This document shows, piece after piece, positions 18,392 through 28,955 of a stretch of DNA of 32,000 nt. Origin of the DNA: Pseudoalteromonas tetraodonis (GTDB taxonomy: Bacteria; Pseudomonadota; Gammaproteobacteria; Enterobacterales; Alteromonadaceae). The notes below the pieces were generated by a model. That model saw only the letters and a program-made list of their open reading frames with translations. It had not been told where the DNA came from and did not search any database. The position numbers and the translations under genes are program-made. The first letter of the stretch is position 1; each line of letters begins with the position of its first letter. Location: the NCBI RefSeq assembly GCF_002310835.1, contig NZ_CP011042.1, positions 540,001 to 572,000 on the forward strand, given 5' to 3'.

Positions 18392-19867
18392 TTAAAATGG
18401 GCTTTCTATGTCAGCCATACCAACATAAACAGACTTAGTTTGCGTGTAATGATCAAGCGTTTGTATGCCGTTTTCGCGGCCGATACCTGATTGCTTATAG
18501 CCACCTACAGGCATTTCTGCCGGCGAGTTACCGTAAGCATTGATCCAACAAATCCCCGCTTGTAGCTGATGAATAACGCGATGAGCACGTTTAATATCGC
18601 TTGTGAATACGCCAGCAGCTAAACCTAAGTGAGTGCCGTTAGCACGTGCAATTACATCATCTTCGTCATCAAATACTAAAACGCTCATTACTGGGCCAAA
18701 AATTTCTTCTTTAACAATCGTCATTTCATCGTTGCAATCAACAAATACGGTTGGCGCTACAAAATAACCATTTGGCGCAGATGCTGGTGAAAGCGTTGAG
18801 CCACCGGTTAATAGCGTTGCCCCTTCTTCAAGGCCTTTGTTGATGTAGCTCAGCACTAAATCTTGATGCTTTTTAGAAATAAGCGCGCCAAAGTTAGTGT
18901 TTAAATCTTGTGGATCACCGGCAATAATATTGTTTTCGGTGCGAGTTTTAAGCTCATCAATAAACTGCTGGTACACATTTTTGTGAACATAGATACGAGT
19001 GCAATTAGTACAAATTTCACCTTGGGTATAAAAGTTCCCTAACATTGCCGCGCTTACTGCTTGCTCTATATTGGCATCGTCAAAGACAAGTAACGGCGAT
19101 TTACCACCTAGTTCCATAGTCACATCTTTTAATGTACCTGCTGCACTGGCGACGACTTTCTTACCGGTACCTACTTCACCAGTAAACGATACTTTTTCAA
19201 TATCTTGATGTGCAGTAAGCCATTGGCCTACTTCACCCGCGCCTTGAACTACATTGAATACGCCAGCGGGTACACCTGCTTCAATAAACACCTCGGCTAA
19301 TTTAATTGCGCCAAGCGGGGTTTCTTCTGAAGGTTTAAAAATAAATGCATTACCCGCAGCAAGGGCAGGGCCAGACTTCCAACATGCAATTTGTAATGGG
19401 TAGTTCCATGCACCAATACCAGCACAAATACCTAAAGGCTCTTTGCGTGTGTAGTAAAAATCATCGCCAACCATTTGTTGTTGACCAACTTGCGCAGGGG
19501 CAAGGCCTGCAAAATATTCAATTACATCTGCGCCTGTTTCAACATCTACGCAGTTAGCTTCTTGCATTGGTTTACCGGTATCGAGCACTTCAACTAGTGC
19601 AAGCTCATCATTACGCTTGCGTAAAATAGCAACGGCGTTTAATAAAATACGGCTGCGCTCAATAGGGGTCATGGCTGACCAAACTTTAAAGCCTTGTTTT
19701 GCACTTTCAATTGCTGCGTTTTGAACGTATTCATCGGCAACTTCAACGGCATAAATTACTTGGCCGGTTGCAGGATTTACTACATCAAATGTTTCGCCGC
19801 TTTTGTTTGCAAGGAATTGACCGTTGATAAAGTTTTGATAGATAGGTGTAGTCACGTTAGGCTCCAT
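18392..19867 (-). CDS. betB: Betaine-aldehyde dehydrogenase
   Basis: The ATG at 19867 ([18 protein letters not shown]) matches the usual ALDH N-terminus, whereas the track ORF extends to 19912. It has ELGGKSP and the catalytic Cys in [10 protein letters not shown]. The start overlaps the betI 3' end by 11 nt. Confidence 0.9.
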   Translation of the reverse strand: MEPNVTTPIYQNFINGQFLANKSGETFDVVNPATGQVIYAVEVADEYVQNAAIESAKQGFKVWSAMTPIERSRILLNAVAILRKRNDELALVEVLDTGKPMQEANCVDVETGADVIEYFAGLAPAQVGQQQMVGDDFYYTRKEPLGICAGIGAWNYPLQIACWKSGPALAAGNAFIFKPSEETPLGAIKLAEVFIEAGVPAGVFNVVQGAGEVGQWLTAHQDIEKVSFTGEVGTGKKVVASAAGTLKDVTMELGGKSPLLVFDDANIEQAVSAAMLGNFYTQGEICTNCTRIYVHKNVYQQFIDELKTRTENNIIAGDPQDLNTNFGALISKKHQDLVLSYINKGLEEGATLLTGGSTLSPASAPNGYFVAPTVFVDCNDEMTIVKEEIFGPVMSVLVFDDEDDVIARANGTHLGLAAGVFTSDIKRAHRVIHQLQAGICWINAYGNSPAEMPVGGYKQSGIGRENGIQTLDHYTQTKSVYVGMADIESPF

Positions 19868-20447
19868 ATTGCTTGATAAGTGAATGCACGTAGTTTTTAG
19901 CCAGTGATTCACTGTGTTTAAACTGATTTTCGTCTGATTGGCTTAATACGGCTCGTAGCCATAAACCATCGATCATTGCTGCGGTTAACTCTGCCGCGAG
20001 GTTTGCTTGCGCTAAAGGCATTAATTGCTTAAATGAAACGGTTAAATTGCTTTGCAAGCGTTTGCTGTTTACATTTTGTAAACGATGAAGTTCCTTGTCG
20101 TGCATTGATTGCGCCCAAAAACTTAACCACGTCCGAGTGGTGTCTTTTCGTTGTTGTACTAGCGCAAAGTTTGATTCAACAATAAACATTAACCTTTGAG
20201 TTGGCGTGGTCTTTTCATCTACTTTGCTGATCAAGTCATATTTCAAGTTAGACAGTAAGTAACGCACAGTTGCTTCAATTAGCCCCTGTTTCCCACCAAA
20301 GTAATGGCTAATTATGCCAGAGGACATCCCCGCATTTTTGCTAATACTATTAATTGTGGTTGCTTGTAACCCTTTTTGAGCAACTGACTCTATTGTTGCG
20401 TCAATTAGCTGCTGACGCCTTACAGGTTCCATTCCAACTTTAGGCAT
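19857..20447 (-). CDS. betI: TetR-family choline-responsive repressor BetI
   Basis: The ATG at 20447 gives [22 protein letters not shown]..., close to E. coli BetI (MPKLGMQSIRRRQLIDATL...). The HTH is [26 protein letters not shown]. Confidence 0.9.
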   Translation of the reverse strand: MPKVGMEPVRRQQLIDATIESVAQKGLQATTINSISKNAGMSSGIISHYFGGKQGLIEATVRYLLSNLKYDLISKVDEKTTPTQRLMFIVESNFALVQQRKDTTRTWLSFWAQSMHDKELHRLQNVNSKRLQSNLTVSFKQLMPLAQANLAAELTAAMIDGLWLRAVLSQSDENQFKHSESLAKNYVHSLIKQYGA

Positions 20448-20458
20448 GATTTTTATTA

Positions 20459-20472
20459 ATTGATCGTTCAAT
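20459..20472 (-). promoter_or_regulatory. Candidate BetI operator (dyad)
   Basis: ATTGATCGTTCAAT has ATTGA and TCAAT arms around a 4-bp core, extendable to TTAATTGA/TCAATAAA. It lies 12-25 nt upstream of the betI ATG, downstream of a possible TTGAAT-N17-TAAGCT promoter on the minus strand. It resembles the TTGA..CG..TCAA-type BetI sites I recall. Not verified. Confidence 0.4.
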
Positions 20473-20870
20473 AAAGATAAGCTTAAGGTAATAGCTCTAA
20501 CAATTCAAGGTTCGTGCAAATGGTGAGTGTCTGAAATGTGGATAAATAATTAATAAAATAAGTCTAAAATGAAGTTATATCAACAAGCTGGGTTTTTATA
20601 AAATATCGTTTAATAACAATTTATTATGTGTGTTTCTTTGATTGCCTTTTGCGGTGTAATTATTTGTTTACATAATTGGCGAAACTTTTAGTGATTTATT
20701 TATTAGTGTGATAACTATTAGAGTACTAATTGTATTTTTTGTGGGCAGATTACTTTAAAAAGCGGTAAGGCGAGTTTGTGGGAAGATCCAAGAAAAAAGA
20801 TTTAGGAAGTGAAATATGAGATTAATTTACAGAAATGTTAACTTAGTTAAGAGATAAATAAAGACGCTGT

Positions 20871-21173
20871 TTAGGTTTCAACAACGCCTTTAAAGAGCAA
20901 AGGATAACGTCTTAAACGGTTGCCAATATAATCATCAGCCATAATTTGGTCGCAAATTTCATCAATATTATCGGTCGCTTCAAATACCCAATCAAAACGT
21001 TCTATTGCAAGTAAAAATCCACGTTTTAAATGCGTTTGCGCACGGTAATAAGCAAGGTTGTTTTTGATGAGTTGCAGTTTTTCAGGCTCTGCTTTTAATT
21101 GCGCAATAACTTGATTAATAAACTGCAAATTGCGCGAACTGGTTGGTCTGTTTCTTCTATTTGTTGATCGCAT
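20871..21173 (-). CDS. Hypothetical small protein (100 aa, basic N-terminus, predicted helical)
   Basis: The ATG at 21171-21173 shares one base with the TGA of the upstream ORF (TGATG), and a GTG alternative lies at 21176. The sequence is MRSTNRRNRPTSSRN... followed by amphipathic helices. I recognise no family. Confidence 0.55.
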   Translation of the reverse strand: MRSTNRRNRPTSSRNLQFINQVIAQLKAEPEKLQLIKNNLAYYRAQTHLKRGFLLAIERFDWVFEATDNIDEICDQIMADDYIGNRLRRYPLLFKGVVET

Positions 21174-21430
21174 CACTCTTCATTAGCTATGTTGTAAAGT
21201 TTTTTCAAAAAGTCGTCTTTGTGTTTGTCGTGTTCATAATCAAGGTGATAAGTATTATGAAACCCAAAGCGAAGTAAAACACCACTGCCTTGTAAATAGA
21301 CGGTGTAGCCATCTATATCAGAATATGCAGTGATCCCTTGATAAAATTTACCTTCTTCTGTGACTTCTCCGCGTTGTTGAATGCGTTCGTAAACCGCTAG
21401 AATCTGTTTATTGTCGATTTCATTTTTCAT
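21173..21430 (-). CDS. Hypothetical small acidic protein (85 aa)
   Basis: The ORF starts at an ATG and its stop overlaps the next gene's start. It has a beta-rich core (YQGITAYSDIDGYTVYLQGSGVLLRFGFHNTYHLDY) and an acidic C-terminus (...NIANEE). I cannot confidently name a family. Confidence 0.55.
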   Translation of the reverse strand: MKNEIDNKQILAVYERIQQRGEVTEEGKFYQGITAYSDIDGYTVYLQGSGVLLRFGFHNTYHLDYEHDKHKDDFLKKLYNIANEE

Positions 21431-21576
21431 TGTTTGTCCCTTTTATTTAATCACTCATACGCTATAGAAGTGAGGGTCGATCATCATAAAAACAATAGTC
21501 TAAAAAGTATGATATTGCTTTGTTATTTTTCATTTATAAATTATGCTCAAAGTTCACTTTTTGTTGAGCTTTTACC

Positions 21577-22857
21577 ATGATAGACAAAGCGTTACTTTTG
21601 AAAACTCGTGAATTATCCGACCAACTCATTGCATTGCAAACACCCATTAGAATACTCGATGCAATAAATTGGGATAAACAAATTAAAGAGGAATTTTTTA
21701 GACAAAAATGTCAAAAAAATCCACTTATTGATCGTGCTTATTATCAACAGCGCGATTTAGGATTTGTTCCTAGCGAGTTGCGCCAAGCATTTTCAACACT
21801 GCACCGCAATATTATTAACCAGTTGGGGCAATTAAACCCAATTGCACAATATATGGGTAAAATGTGTACCGAATATAAAACGGTTCTGAGCATGCTTGAA
21901 TACCGCGGTACGCCAGAGTTTCATGACTTATCAGTGGAGCTATTTGGTCATCCTAAAGATTTGTTTCATGCCGGTGAGCCATCGCTATCAGAACTGGCTA
22001 ATATGCTTGAACAGCCTTTAAAAAATTTACTTGCAGCGGATATTTTGCCTGAAGATCCTAAAAATATTGATGCCAGCGACGCGGTGCGGATTTTATCTGA
22101 ACAGGTCAATGCCAGCATGCCGGGAATAAACGTAGAGGTAATGCTAAGTGATGGTATTGTCAGCGATGCGGCAGCAGGTGCTAATAATATTAAGCTCAAT
22201 CAAGATGTTAAGTTTTCTCAGCGCGAATTAGATATTTTAGAAGTGCACGAGGGCTGGATCCATGTAGGCACTACTCAAAATGGCTTAGCGCAACCTTATT
22301 TAACTTGCTTGAGTAAAGGCACACCAAGCTCTACGGTGACCCAAGAGGGGCTTGCAGTACTGACGGAAATTATTACTCTTAAGTCAACACCGCGTCGTTT
22401 ATCAAAATTAGTAAACCGTATTCAAGCGGTGACGAAAGTAATTGATGGCGCTGAGTTTATCGATATTTACCGAGATTACGTTGCTCAAGGTTTATCAAAA
22501 GACGACAGCTATACTCTTGCACAGCGCGTTTTTAGAGGCAGTACCGCAACCGGCTTACCCTTTACCAAAGATATTGCTTACATAAAAGGCTTTGTTTTAG
22601 TTTACAACTTAATTAGGGTGGCGATACAGCTTGGTCGAATTGATCAGTTGCCATTATTGCTGGTGGGTAAAATATCAATTGATGACTTTAGATTAATATC
22701 GCAATTGCATGACTTAGGTGTCATTGAAAATCCGCAATTTGTGCCGCCTCATTTTAAAGATTTAAGAGGCCTTGCTACGTGGCTCAGCTTTGGTCGATTT
22801 ATTGGCGATTTGTCATTCGAACAATTAGAAAACGATTATAAGCCGTTGTTTTTATAA
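21577..22857 (+). CDS. DUF1704 / MATCAP-type putative Tyr/Phe carboxypeptidase (flavohemoglobin expression-modulating QEGLA motif protein)
   Basis: 426 aa. It has an HExxxH-type metal motif in LEVHEGWIHVGTTQNG and the family-defining QEGLA motif in VTQEGLAVLTE. Confidence 0.75.
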   Translation: MIDKALLLKTRELSDQLIALQTPIRILDAINWDKQIKEEFFRQKCQKNPLIDRAYYQQRDLGFVPSELRQAFSTLHRNIINQLGQLNPIAQYMGKMCTEYKTVLSMLEYRGTPEFHDLSVELFGHPKDLFHAGEPSLSELANMLEQPLKNLLAADILPEDPKNIDASDAVRILSEQVNASMPGINVEVMLSDGIVSDAAAGANNIKLNQDVKFSQRELDILEVHEGWIHVGTTQNGLAQPYLTCLSKGTPSSTVTQEGLAVLTEIITLKSTPRRLSKLVNRIQAVTKVIDGAEFIDIYRDYVAQGLSKDDSYTLAQRVFRGSTATGLPFTKDIAYIKGFVLVYNLIRVAIQLGRIDQLPLLLVGKISIDDFRLISQLHDLGVIENPQFVPPHFKDLRGLATWLSFGRFIGDLSFEQLENDYKPLFL

Positions 22858-22894
22858 TTTTAAAAAGGAAGCGCAGATTCCTTCTTTAGTAAAA

Positions 22895-22926
22895 AACGCA
22901 GTGGGAATAAGCAACTGCGTTTAAGT
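22895..22926 (+). terminator. Probable terminator of the DUF1704 gene
   Basis: AACGCAGT (22895-22902) pairs with ACTGCGTT (22914-22921), followed by TTTAAGTTT. The U-run is weak. Confidence 0.45.
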
Positions 22927-23031
22927 TTACATACATAAGCCTGCATGCCCATAAGAGGGCAATTGATTGTTGTCATTTTTATTTATCGTTTTATCGATAC
23001 ATAAAATTGTTTTAAGCCGTTCATTAGGCAC

Positions 23032-23058
23032 AAAAAAAGCCCAAAAGTGGGCTTTTTT
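23032..23058. terminator. Bidirectional intrinsic terminator ending the ast/DUF1338 transcript
   Basis: AAAGCCCA pairs with TGGGCTTT around an AAAG loop (core 23038-23053). It is flanked by A7 and T6. Confidence 0.85.
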
Positions 23059-23076
23059 AAATACAACACGCTTTGG

Positions 23077-23880
23077 TTATCGTGCGTTGGTGCTTTCAAA
23101 TATTTTGTCTGCAGAGGCTGCGACAAAACCGGTGTAAATTTCACCATCAGGTTTTGGATAACGAATAGCAAACTCGTAAAAACAGCTAGGAATGCGCATA
23201 TCGCCATCGCTAAAGGTTACGGCGTACTCATCAGCTAATGTTGATGATTGCTCTAATAGCACCTCTGGTGAGCCTTTTACTTCGCCTCCTGAGGTATTAA
23301 GTGAAAAACCTGCATCTTTAAGAGCTTGGTTTACATCATGGATGTTATCAAACTTAGCTAAGGTATTAATGTTCACAGTAAAGTGATTTGCACGGTAACC
23401 CCACGCAGACATCCACGCCGCATATTCGCTCTCTGCTAATAGCTTTTTGTAAGTATCAGTGCTTACTTGCCAATGTGTACCTGAATATAAAAAGTTATCG
23501 GCAGTCACCGCACTTTCGTCAATTTGTGCAACCATATCAGTAACAATTGCTTGAAGCTCAGGTGAACATTTTTCAACTAATAACTCAGAAATAAACACTT
23601 TAGGTTGCGTTGGATCGCTGTGCTCGTAGTGCTTAGCGTAGAGTTTTTTTGCTTCAAAATGGTACTCACCACATTCTTTGTAGCCAATGGCTAAAAAGTG
23701 TGCAGCTAGTTTTTCAAGGCCTACTTTTTCAATATTAAAAGTACGCAGCGCAATATGATCGTTGATTATGTCGTCTTTTTGCGTTGAGCCTAATAGGTCA
23801 TGAATTTTGTCAGCCGATGGCGTTACGCTTAGGTAGTTTTGCCACAGGTTATCAAATAATGTGTTTACATCAGTATGCAT
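23077..23880 (-). CDS. DUF1338 family protein (HglS/YdcJ-type putative Fe(II) 2-oxoacid dioxygenase/decarboxylase)
   Basis: 267 aa. The N-terminal LWQNYLSVTPSADKIHDLL...NDHIALRTFN is typical of DUF1338. It starts 27 nt after the astD stop with no intervening hairpin, so it is probably co-transcribed. Confidence 0.7.
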   Translation of the reverse strand: MHTDVNTLFDNLWQNYLSVTPSADKIHDLLGSTQKDDIINDHIALRTFNIEKVGLEKLAAHFLAIGYKECGEYHFEAKKLYAKHYEHSDPTQPKVFISELLVEKCSPELQAIVTDMVAQIDESAVTADNFLYSGTHWQVSTDTYKKLLAESEYAAWMSAWGYRANHFTVNINTLAKFDNIHDVNQALKDAGFSLNTSGGEVKGSPEVLLEQSSTLADEYAVTFSDGDMRIPSCFYEFAIRYPKPDGEIYTGFVAASADKIFESTNAR

Positions 23881-23907
23881 GGTAAATCCTTAAATCTATT
23901 TAAATTG

Positions 23908-25374
23908 TTATTCAATTATTAAGCCCGGCGCGAGGGTTTGCGGTAAGTTAACTTTTTCTGACTCTACAGAGGCCACTGGGTATGCGCAATAATCTGCAGC
24001 GTAGTATGCACTGGCTCTGTGGTTGCCACTGGCACCTATACCACCAAATGGCGCTGCGCTTGATGCGCCTGTAATAGGGCGGTTCCAGTTAACAATGCCG
24101 GCACGAATACGTTTTAAAAAGTGACTGTAATCATCTTCGCTATCAGCAAGTAAACCAGCAGATAAACCAAAGCTGGTGTTGTTTGCTTCTGTTATAGCGC
24201 TATTGAAATCAGTGTAACGATATACTTTTATAAGCGGGCCAAAGTGTTCTTCATCGGCAATTTCGCTTATATTAGTGACATCAATAATGCCTGGGCTTAC
24301 AAACCCAGTGCCTGATTTTAACTGTTTAAGCTCAACAAGAATCTCAGCACCTTGTTTAACTAGCTCAGCTTGCGCTGCAACCATGCCTAATGCGGCTTTT
24401 TCACTGATCATGGCACCCATAAAAGGTTGATCGTCCGCAAAGCTATCGTCTACTAGGATATTTTTGGTGGCGCTGATCAGCTTTTCTAAAATAGCATCGC
24501 CATTGGGCGACTTTTCAATAAATAAACGGCGTGCACAAGTACAGCGTTGGCCAGAGGTGATAAAACCCGATTGAATAATATCGTGCACGGCGGCGCTAAC
24601 ATCAGCAACATCTTTAACCACTAGCGGGTTATTACCGCCCATTTCAAGCGCTAAAATTTTACCTGGGTGGCCAGCAAATTGTTTATGTAATAAATGACCT
24701 GTGTTTGAGCTACCAGTAAAAAATAGGCCATCTATATCTTGATGTGAGGCAAGCGCTTTACCTGTTTCTAACTCACCTTGAACAAGGTTTATAACCCCTG
24801 CAGGTAACCCTGCTTTTAACCATAGTTCTAAGGTAAACTGCGCTACATGAGGAGTTAATTCTGATGGTTTAAATACCACGGTATTACCGGCTAGTATGGC
24901 TGGTACAATATGGCCGTTTGGTAAATGCCCAGGGAAATTATACGGACCAAAAATAGCGACCACACCGTGAGGTTTGTGGCGAATAAAGGCTTTTGCACCA
25001 GGCATTGGGTTTTCGGTTGTACCAGTACGTTCATTGTAAGCACGTATCGCAATGGCCACTTTGCCTGTCATCGCGCCCACTTCTGTGCGTGTTTCCCATA
25101 GCGGTTTACCTGTTTCACGAGCAATAATAGTGGCAAACTCTTCGCTGTGTTCTTTTAGTTGGGCTACGAAGTTTTCTAAAATAGTAATACGTTGCTCAAT
25201 TGGCATGTCTGCCCATTGAACTTGCGCGGCTCTTGCCGCTTTTATGGCACTGTCAACTTGCTCTGCGTTGGCGCCATTACCTTGCCATACAATTTCACCA
25301 TTACTTGGGTTAATAGAATCAAACGCAGGGCCTTTGCCTACAAGCCATTGATTATTAATTAGTTGTGTGTTCAT
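23908..25374 (-). CDS. astD: N-succinylglutamate 5-semialdehyde dehydrogenase
   Basis: 488-aa ALDH with LEMGGNNP and the catalytic Cys in [10 protein letters not shown]. It sits immediately after astA. Confidence 0.85.
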   Translation of the reverse strand: MNTQLINNQWLVGKGPAFDSINPSNGEIVWQGNGANAEQVDSAIKAARAAQVQWADMPIEQRITILENFVAQLKEHSEEFATIIARETGKPLWETRTEVGAMTGKVAIAIRAYNERTGTTENPMPGAKAFIRHKPHGVVAIFGPYNFPGHLPNGHIVPAILAGNTVVFKPSELTPHVAQFTLELWLKAGLPAGVINLVQGELETGKALASHQDIDGLFFTGSSNTGHLLHKQFAGHPGKILALEMGGNNPLVVKDVADVSAAVHDIIQSGFITSGQRCTCARRLFIEKSPNGDAILEKLISATKNILVDDSFADDQPFMGAMISEKAALGMVAAQAELVKQGAEILVELKQLKSGTGFVSPGIIDVTNISEIADEEHFGPLIKVYRYTDFNSAITEANNTSFGLSAGLLADSEDDYSHFLKRIRAGIVNWNRPITGASSAAPFGGIGASGNHRASAYYAADYCAYPVASVESEKVNLPQTLAPGLIIE

Positions 25375-25382
25375 AAATAATG

Positions 25383-26417
25383 TTACAGGCGGAAAAATCG
25401 CGCTGCATCTCCTTGTTTTAAATGAAGTGCATCAGCTACTTCTTGGCTGATGATTAAGGTGTGCTTTGCCTGATTGTAATGAGCATGTTTGGTGAATGTG
25501 GCTCTGAAATCACTAACCCCTTGATTACAAATAGCAAGGGTGTCTGAGCTTTGCTCATTGATATGTTCAAGCTCGCCAATAGTAATAGGGCACACCTGTG
25601 AATCACGAATACTGCGAATATTACCGAGCTTTGCTTCTACTGTGGGGCCTGCGTCAAATAAATCAACATATCCGCGGTGTTCAAAACCTTCTTTTTCAAG
25701 CAGTTTAAGTGCTGGTTTGGTTTTATCATGCACATGGCCAATCACCGCTTGTGCTTTTTTACTCAGCAAATTCACATAGATAGGATATTTAGGCATGAGT
25801 TCGCTAATAAACACTTTATCGCCTAACCCCACTAAATGGTCGGCTTGTGGGAATTCAATGCTAAAAAAGTGTTCCTGCAACCATTGCCAAAATGGCGAGT
25901 GACCGTCTTCATCGCTAACACCACGCATCTCAGCAATTACTGTGTCGGCAAAGCGCTCACTGTGTTGCGCCATAAATAAAAAACGTGAACGTGATAAAAA
26001 ACGTCCCGTTAAGCCTTTTCTACTGTCTTCACGTAAAAATAAAGTACATATTTCTGAGCAGCCAGTGTAGTCATTACACATACTCAAAATATCTACGGTA
26101 TTGTAAACGTTTAAAGTGGGTGAATGGTGAACGGTTTTACCTAGATGATAATGATACAAAGGTACAGATAACCCGACGGCCGCTTCTATGGCGGTAGTAC
26201 CAATTACCTTGCCGGTTTCACTGTCTTCTAAAACAAATAGATAGCTTTCGTCGATGGGCTTATCTACGTTTTTAGTAAAACTGTTTTGCGCACGATCAAT
26301 TTTTTCTTGTAGTTGCCCATCATCGACAGGTAAAGAGGTAAAGCCATGGCCAGACTCAATAGCAATCTCTTTAAGTGCTGCAAAATCATTGACAGTAATA
26401 GGACGTAATACTTGCAT
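25383..26417 (-). CDS. astA: Arginine N-succinyltransferase
   Basis: 344 aa. The N-terminus [30 protein letters not shown] parallels E. coli AstA ([30 protein letters not shown]). Confidence 0.9.
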   Translation of the reverse strand: MQVLRPITVNDFAALKEIAIESGHGFTSLPVDDGQLQEKIDRAQNSFTKNVDKPIDESYLFVLEDSETGKVIGTTAIEAAVGLSVPLYHYHLGKTVHHSPTLNVYNTVDILSMCNDYTGCSEICTLFLREDSRKGLTGRFLSRSRFLFMAQHSERFADTVIAEMRGVSDEDGHSPFWQWLQEHFFSIEFPQADHLVGLGDKVFISELMPKYPIYVNLLSKKAQAVIGHVHDKTKPALKLLEKEGFEHRGYVDLFDAGPTVEAKLGNIRSIRDSQVCPITIGELEHINEQSSDTLAICNQGVSDFRATFTKHAHYNQAKHTLIISQEVADALHLKQGDAARFFRL

Positions 26418-26445
26418 TAACTACTTGCTCCAACAACATATAAAA

Positions 26446-26475
26446 TCCTGAGGTAAACGTGTGTTTGCCTCAGGA
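26446..26475 (-). terminator. Intra-operon hairpin (attenuator or terminator) between astC and astA
   Basis: A 13-bp stem pairs TCCTGAGGTAAAC (26446-26458) with GTTTGCCTCAGGA (26463-26475), including one G-U pair, around a 4-nt loop. On the minus strand it is followed by TTTTATAT. Confidence 0.55.
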
Positions 26476-26498
26476 CTTAGTTATGTTTTACTTAGTTA

Positions 26499-27761
<1,263 letters not shown>

Positions 27762-27895
27762 TCAGGATGATTCAGCAATACAATGTGTTTTACTTATTAA
27801 AAATGTCATTATCAAAGGTTATGAATGAAATTTGCAGTGCTATTTTGTGAAAAATGATTAGAATAATAGTCAAATTAACGAATTTAATTAGCATT

Positions 27896-28324
27896 ATGAT
27901 AACTCCCCAAGATGAAAAACTACTCTCAGTATTAAAAACGAACGCCCGCGCTAGCATTTCTGATCTTGCAAGGCATTTGAGTTTATCTCGTTCAACGGTG
28001 CAAAGCCGAATGCTAAAATTAGAGCAAAGTGGGATCATTAAGGGTTATAGCGTTGACTTTGGAGATGACTTTTTAAATAGCTTGGTCTCTGCGCATGTTT
28101 CAATAAAAGTAAAACAGAAGCTAACAACAAAAACTAATATTGAATTAAAGCAAATTGATGCGATTTCTCAGTTGTATGCAATTAGTGGAGAGTTTGATTT
28201 AATTGCTATTGTAGAAGCACAGAACCTTGAGCAGTTAAGCCACTTGCTGGATGATATTGGTAACTTAGATGGGGTAGAGCGTACCCGTTCATCGGTTATT
28301 TTAGAGACTAAATTTAAGCGTTAA
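27896..28324 (+). CDS. Lrp/AsnC family transcriptional regulator
   Basis: The ATG at 27896 (MITPQDEKLLSVLKTNARASISDLARHLSLSRSTVQSRMLKLEQSGIIKGY) gives a 142-aa protein. It has an HTH plus a RAM/ACT-like C-terminal domain (ISGEFDLIAIV). It is divergent from astC. Confidence 0.85.
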   Translation: MITPQDEKLLSVLKTNARASISDLARHLSLSRSTVQSRMLKLEQSGIIKGYSVDFGDDFLNSLVSAHVSIKVKQKLTTKTNIELKQIDAISQLYAISGEFDLIAIVEAQNLEQLSHLLDDIGNLDGVERTRSSVILETKFKR

Positions 28325-28500
28325 TTCGATTTATTTAGTACATTCAGTGAGCATTAATTATTTGCATTTAAGCTAACTTGATTGTAGTCTACTTGATATT
28401 AGGAACAAGGAATGTTTTTAACCAAATCAATAGGTTTATAGCCCTGCATTTGTTGCAATCCTCCAGTACTTAAAAAATCTCATCAATACAGTTATTAATC

Positions 28501-28520
28501 TTATTAGCATTGGCTAATAA
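28501..28520. promoter_or_regulatory. Perfect 8-bp-arm palindrome, candidate operator
   Basis: TTATTAGC-ATTG-GCTAATAA lies 61-80 nt upstream of the ATG at 28581. Confidence 0.3.
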
Positions 28521-28580
28521 GGTGTGAGTGAAATAGGACGTTTTTGGCACCACTGCGCAAAGACTTTACAAGGAAAAGTT

Positions 28581-28955
28581 ATGAAATACACAACAATGGC
28601 TGCTGTGGCATTATTAATAGGTGGCTCATATTTAAGTGCAAAAGCGACTTTATTTGACCCTGCACAGAGCATAACGGTTGAAACTTACAGCGATATATTC
28701 TTCAAATTAGAATCCTCTCCTGTCAGCATTAATGAAATTATTACCGGGGCGAGTCAATTTGCCGATAGCTTGTGTGATGAAAGCATCTACCAAGAAGTAA
28801 TTGGCGAATCGGTAAATTCATGTAAGCAAAAATTCAAACAATCTCAAGCACAATGTGCTGAGTTTATAATAAAAAATAACGAGCCTATGTACACTGATAA
28901 AGTGGCTATAACACAGCTCTCTGAGAAGTTTATTAATTGCATGACCAATAGCTAA
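28581..28955 (+). CDS. Small secreted Cys-containing hypothetical protein
   Basis: The ATG at 28581 is preceded by AAGGAAAAG, and the track ORF begins at an upstream GTG. It has a signal peptide (MKYTTMAAVALLIGGSYLSAKA). The mature protein is about 100 aa with four Cys. No family recognised. Confidence 0.6.
   Translation: MKYTTMAAVALLIGGSYLSAKATLFDPAQSITVETYSDIFFKLESSPVSINEIITGASQFADSLCDESIYQEVIGESVNSCKQKFKQSQAQCAEFIIKNNEPMYTDKVAITQLSEKFINCMTNS

Noticed and set aside
22983-23238. ORFs 22983-23207 (-) and 23047-23238 (+) in the region after the DUF1704 gene.
   Set aside because: They run through the bidirectional terminator hairpin and into the 3' end of the DUF1338 gene. There is no RBS and the sequence is hydrophobic and low-complexity.
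28544-28558. TGGCACCACTGCGCA, considered as a sigma-54 (-24/-12) promoter for the small secreted protein gene.
   Set aside because: GG-to-GC spacing is one base short of the canonical spacing. The implied transcription start would also leave almost no leader before the RBS.
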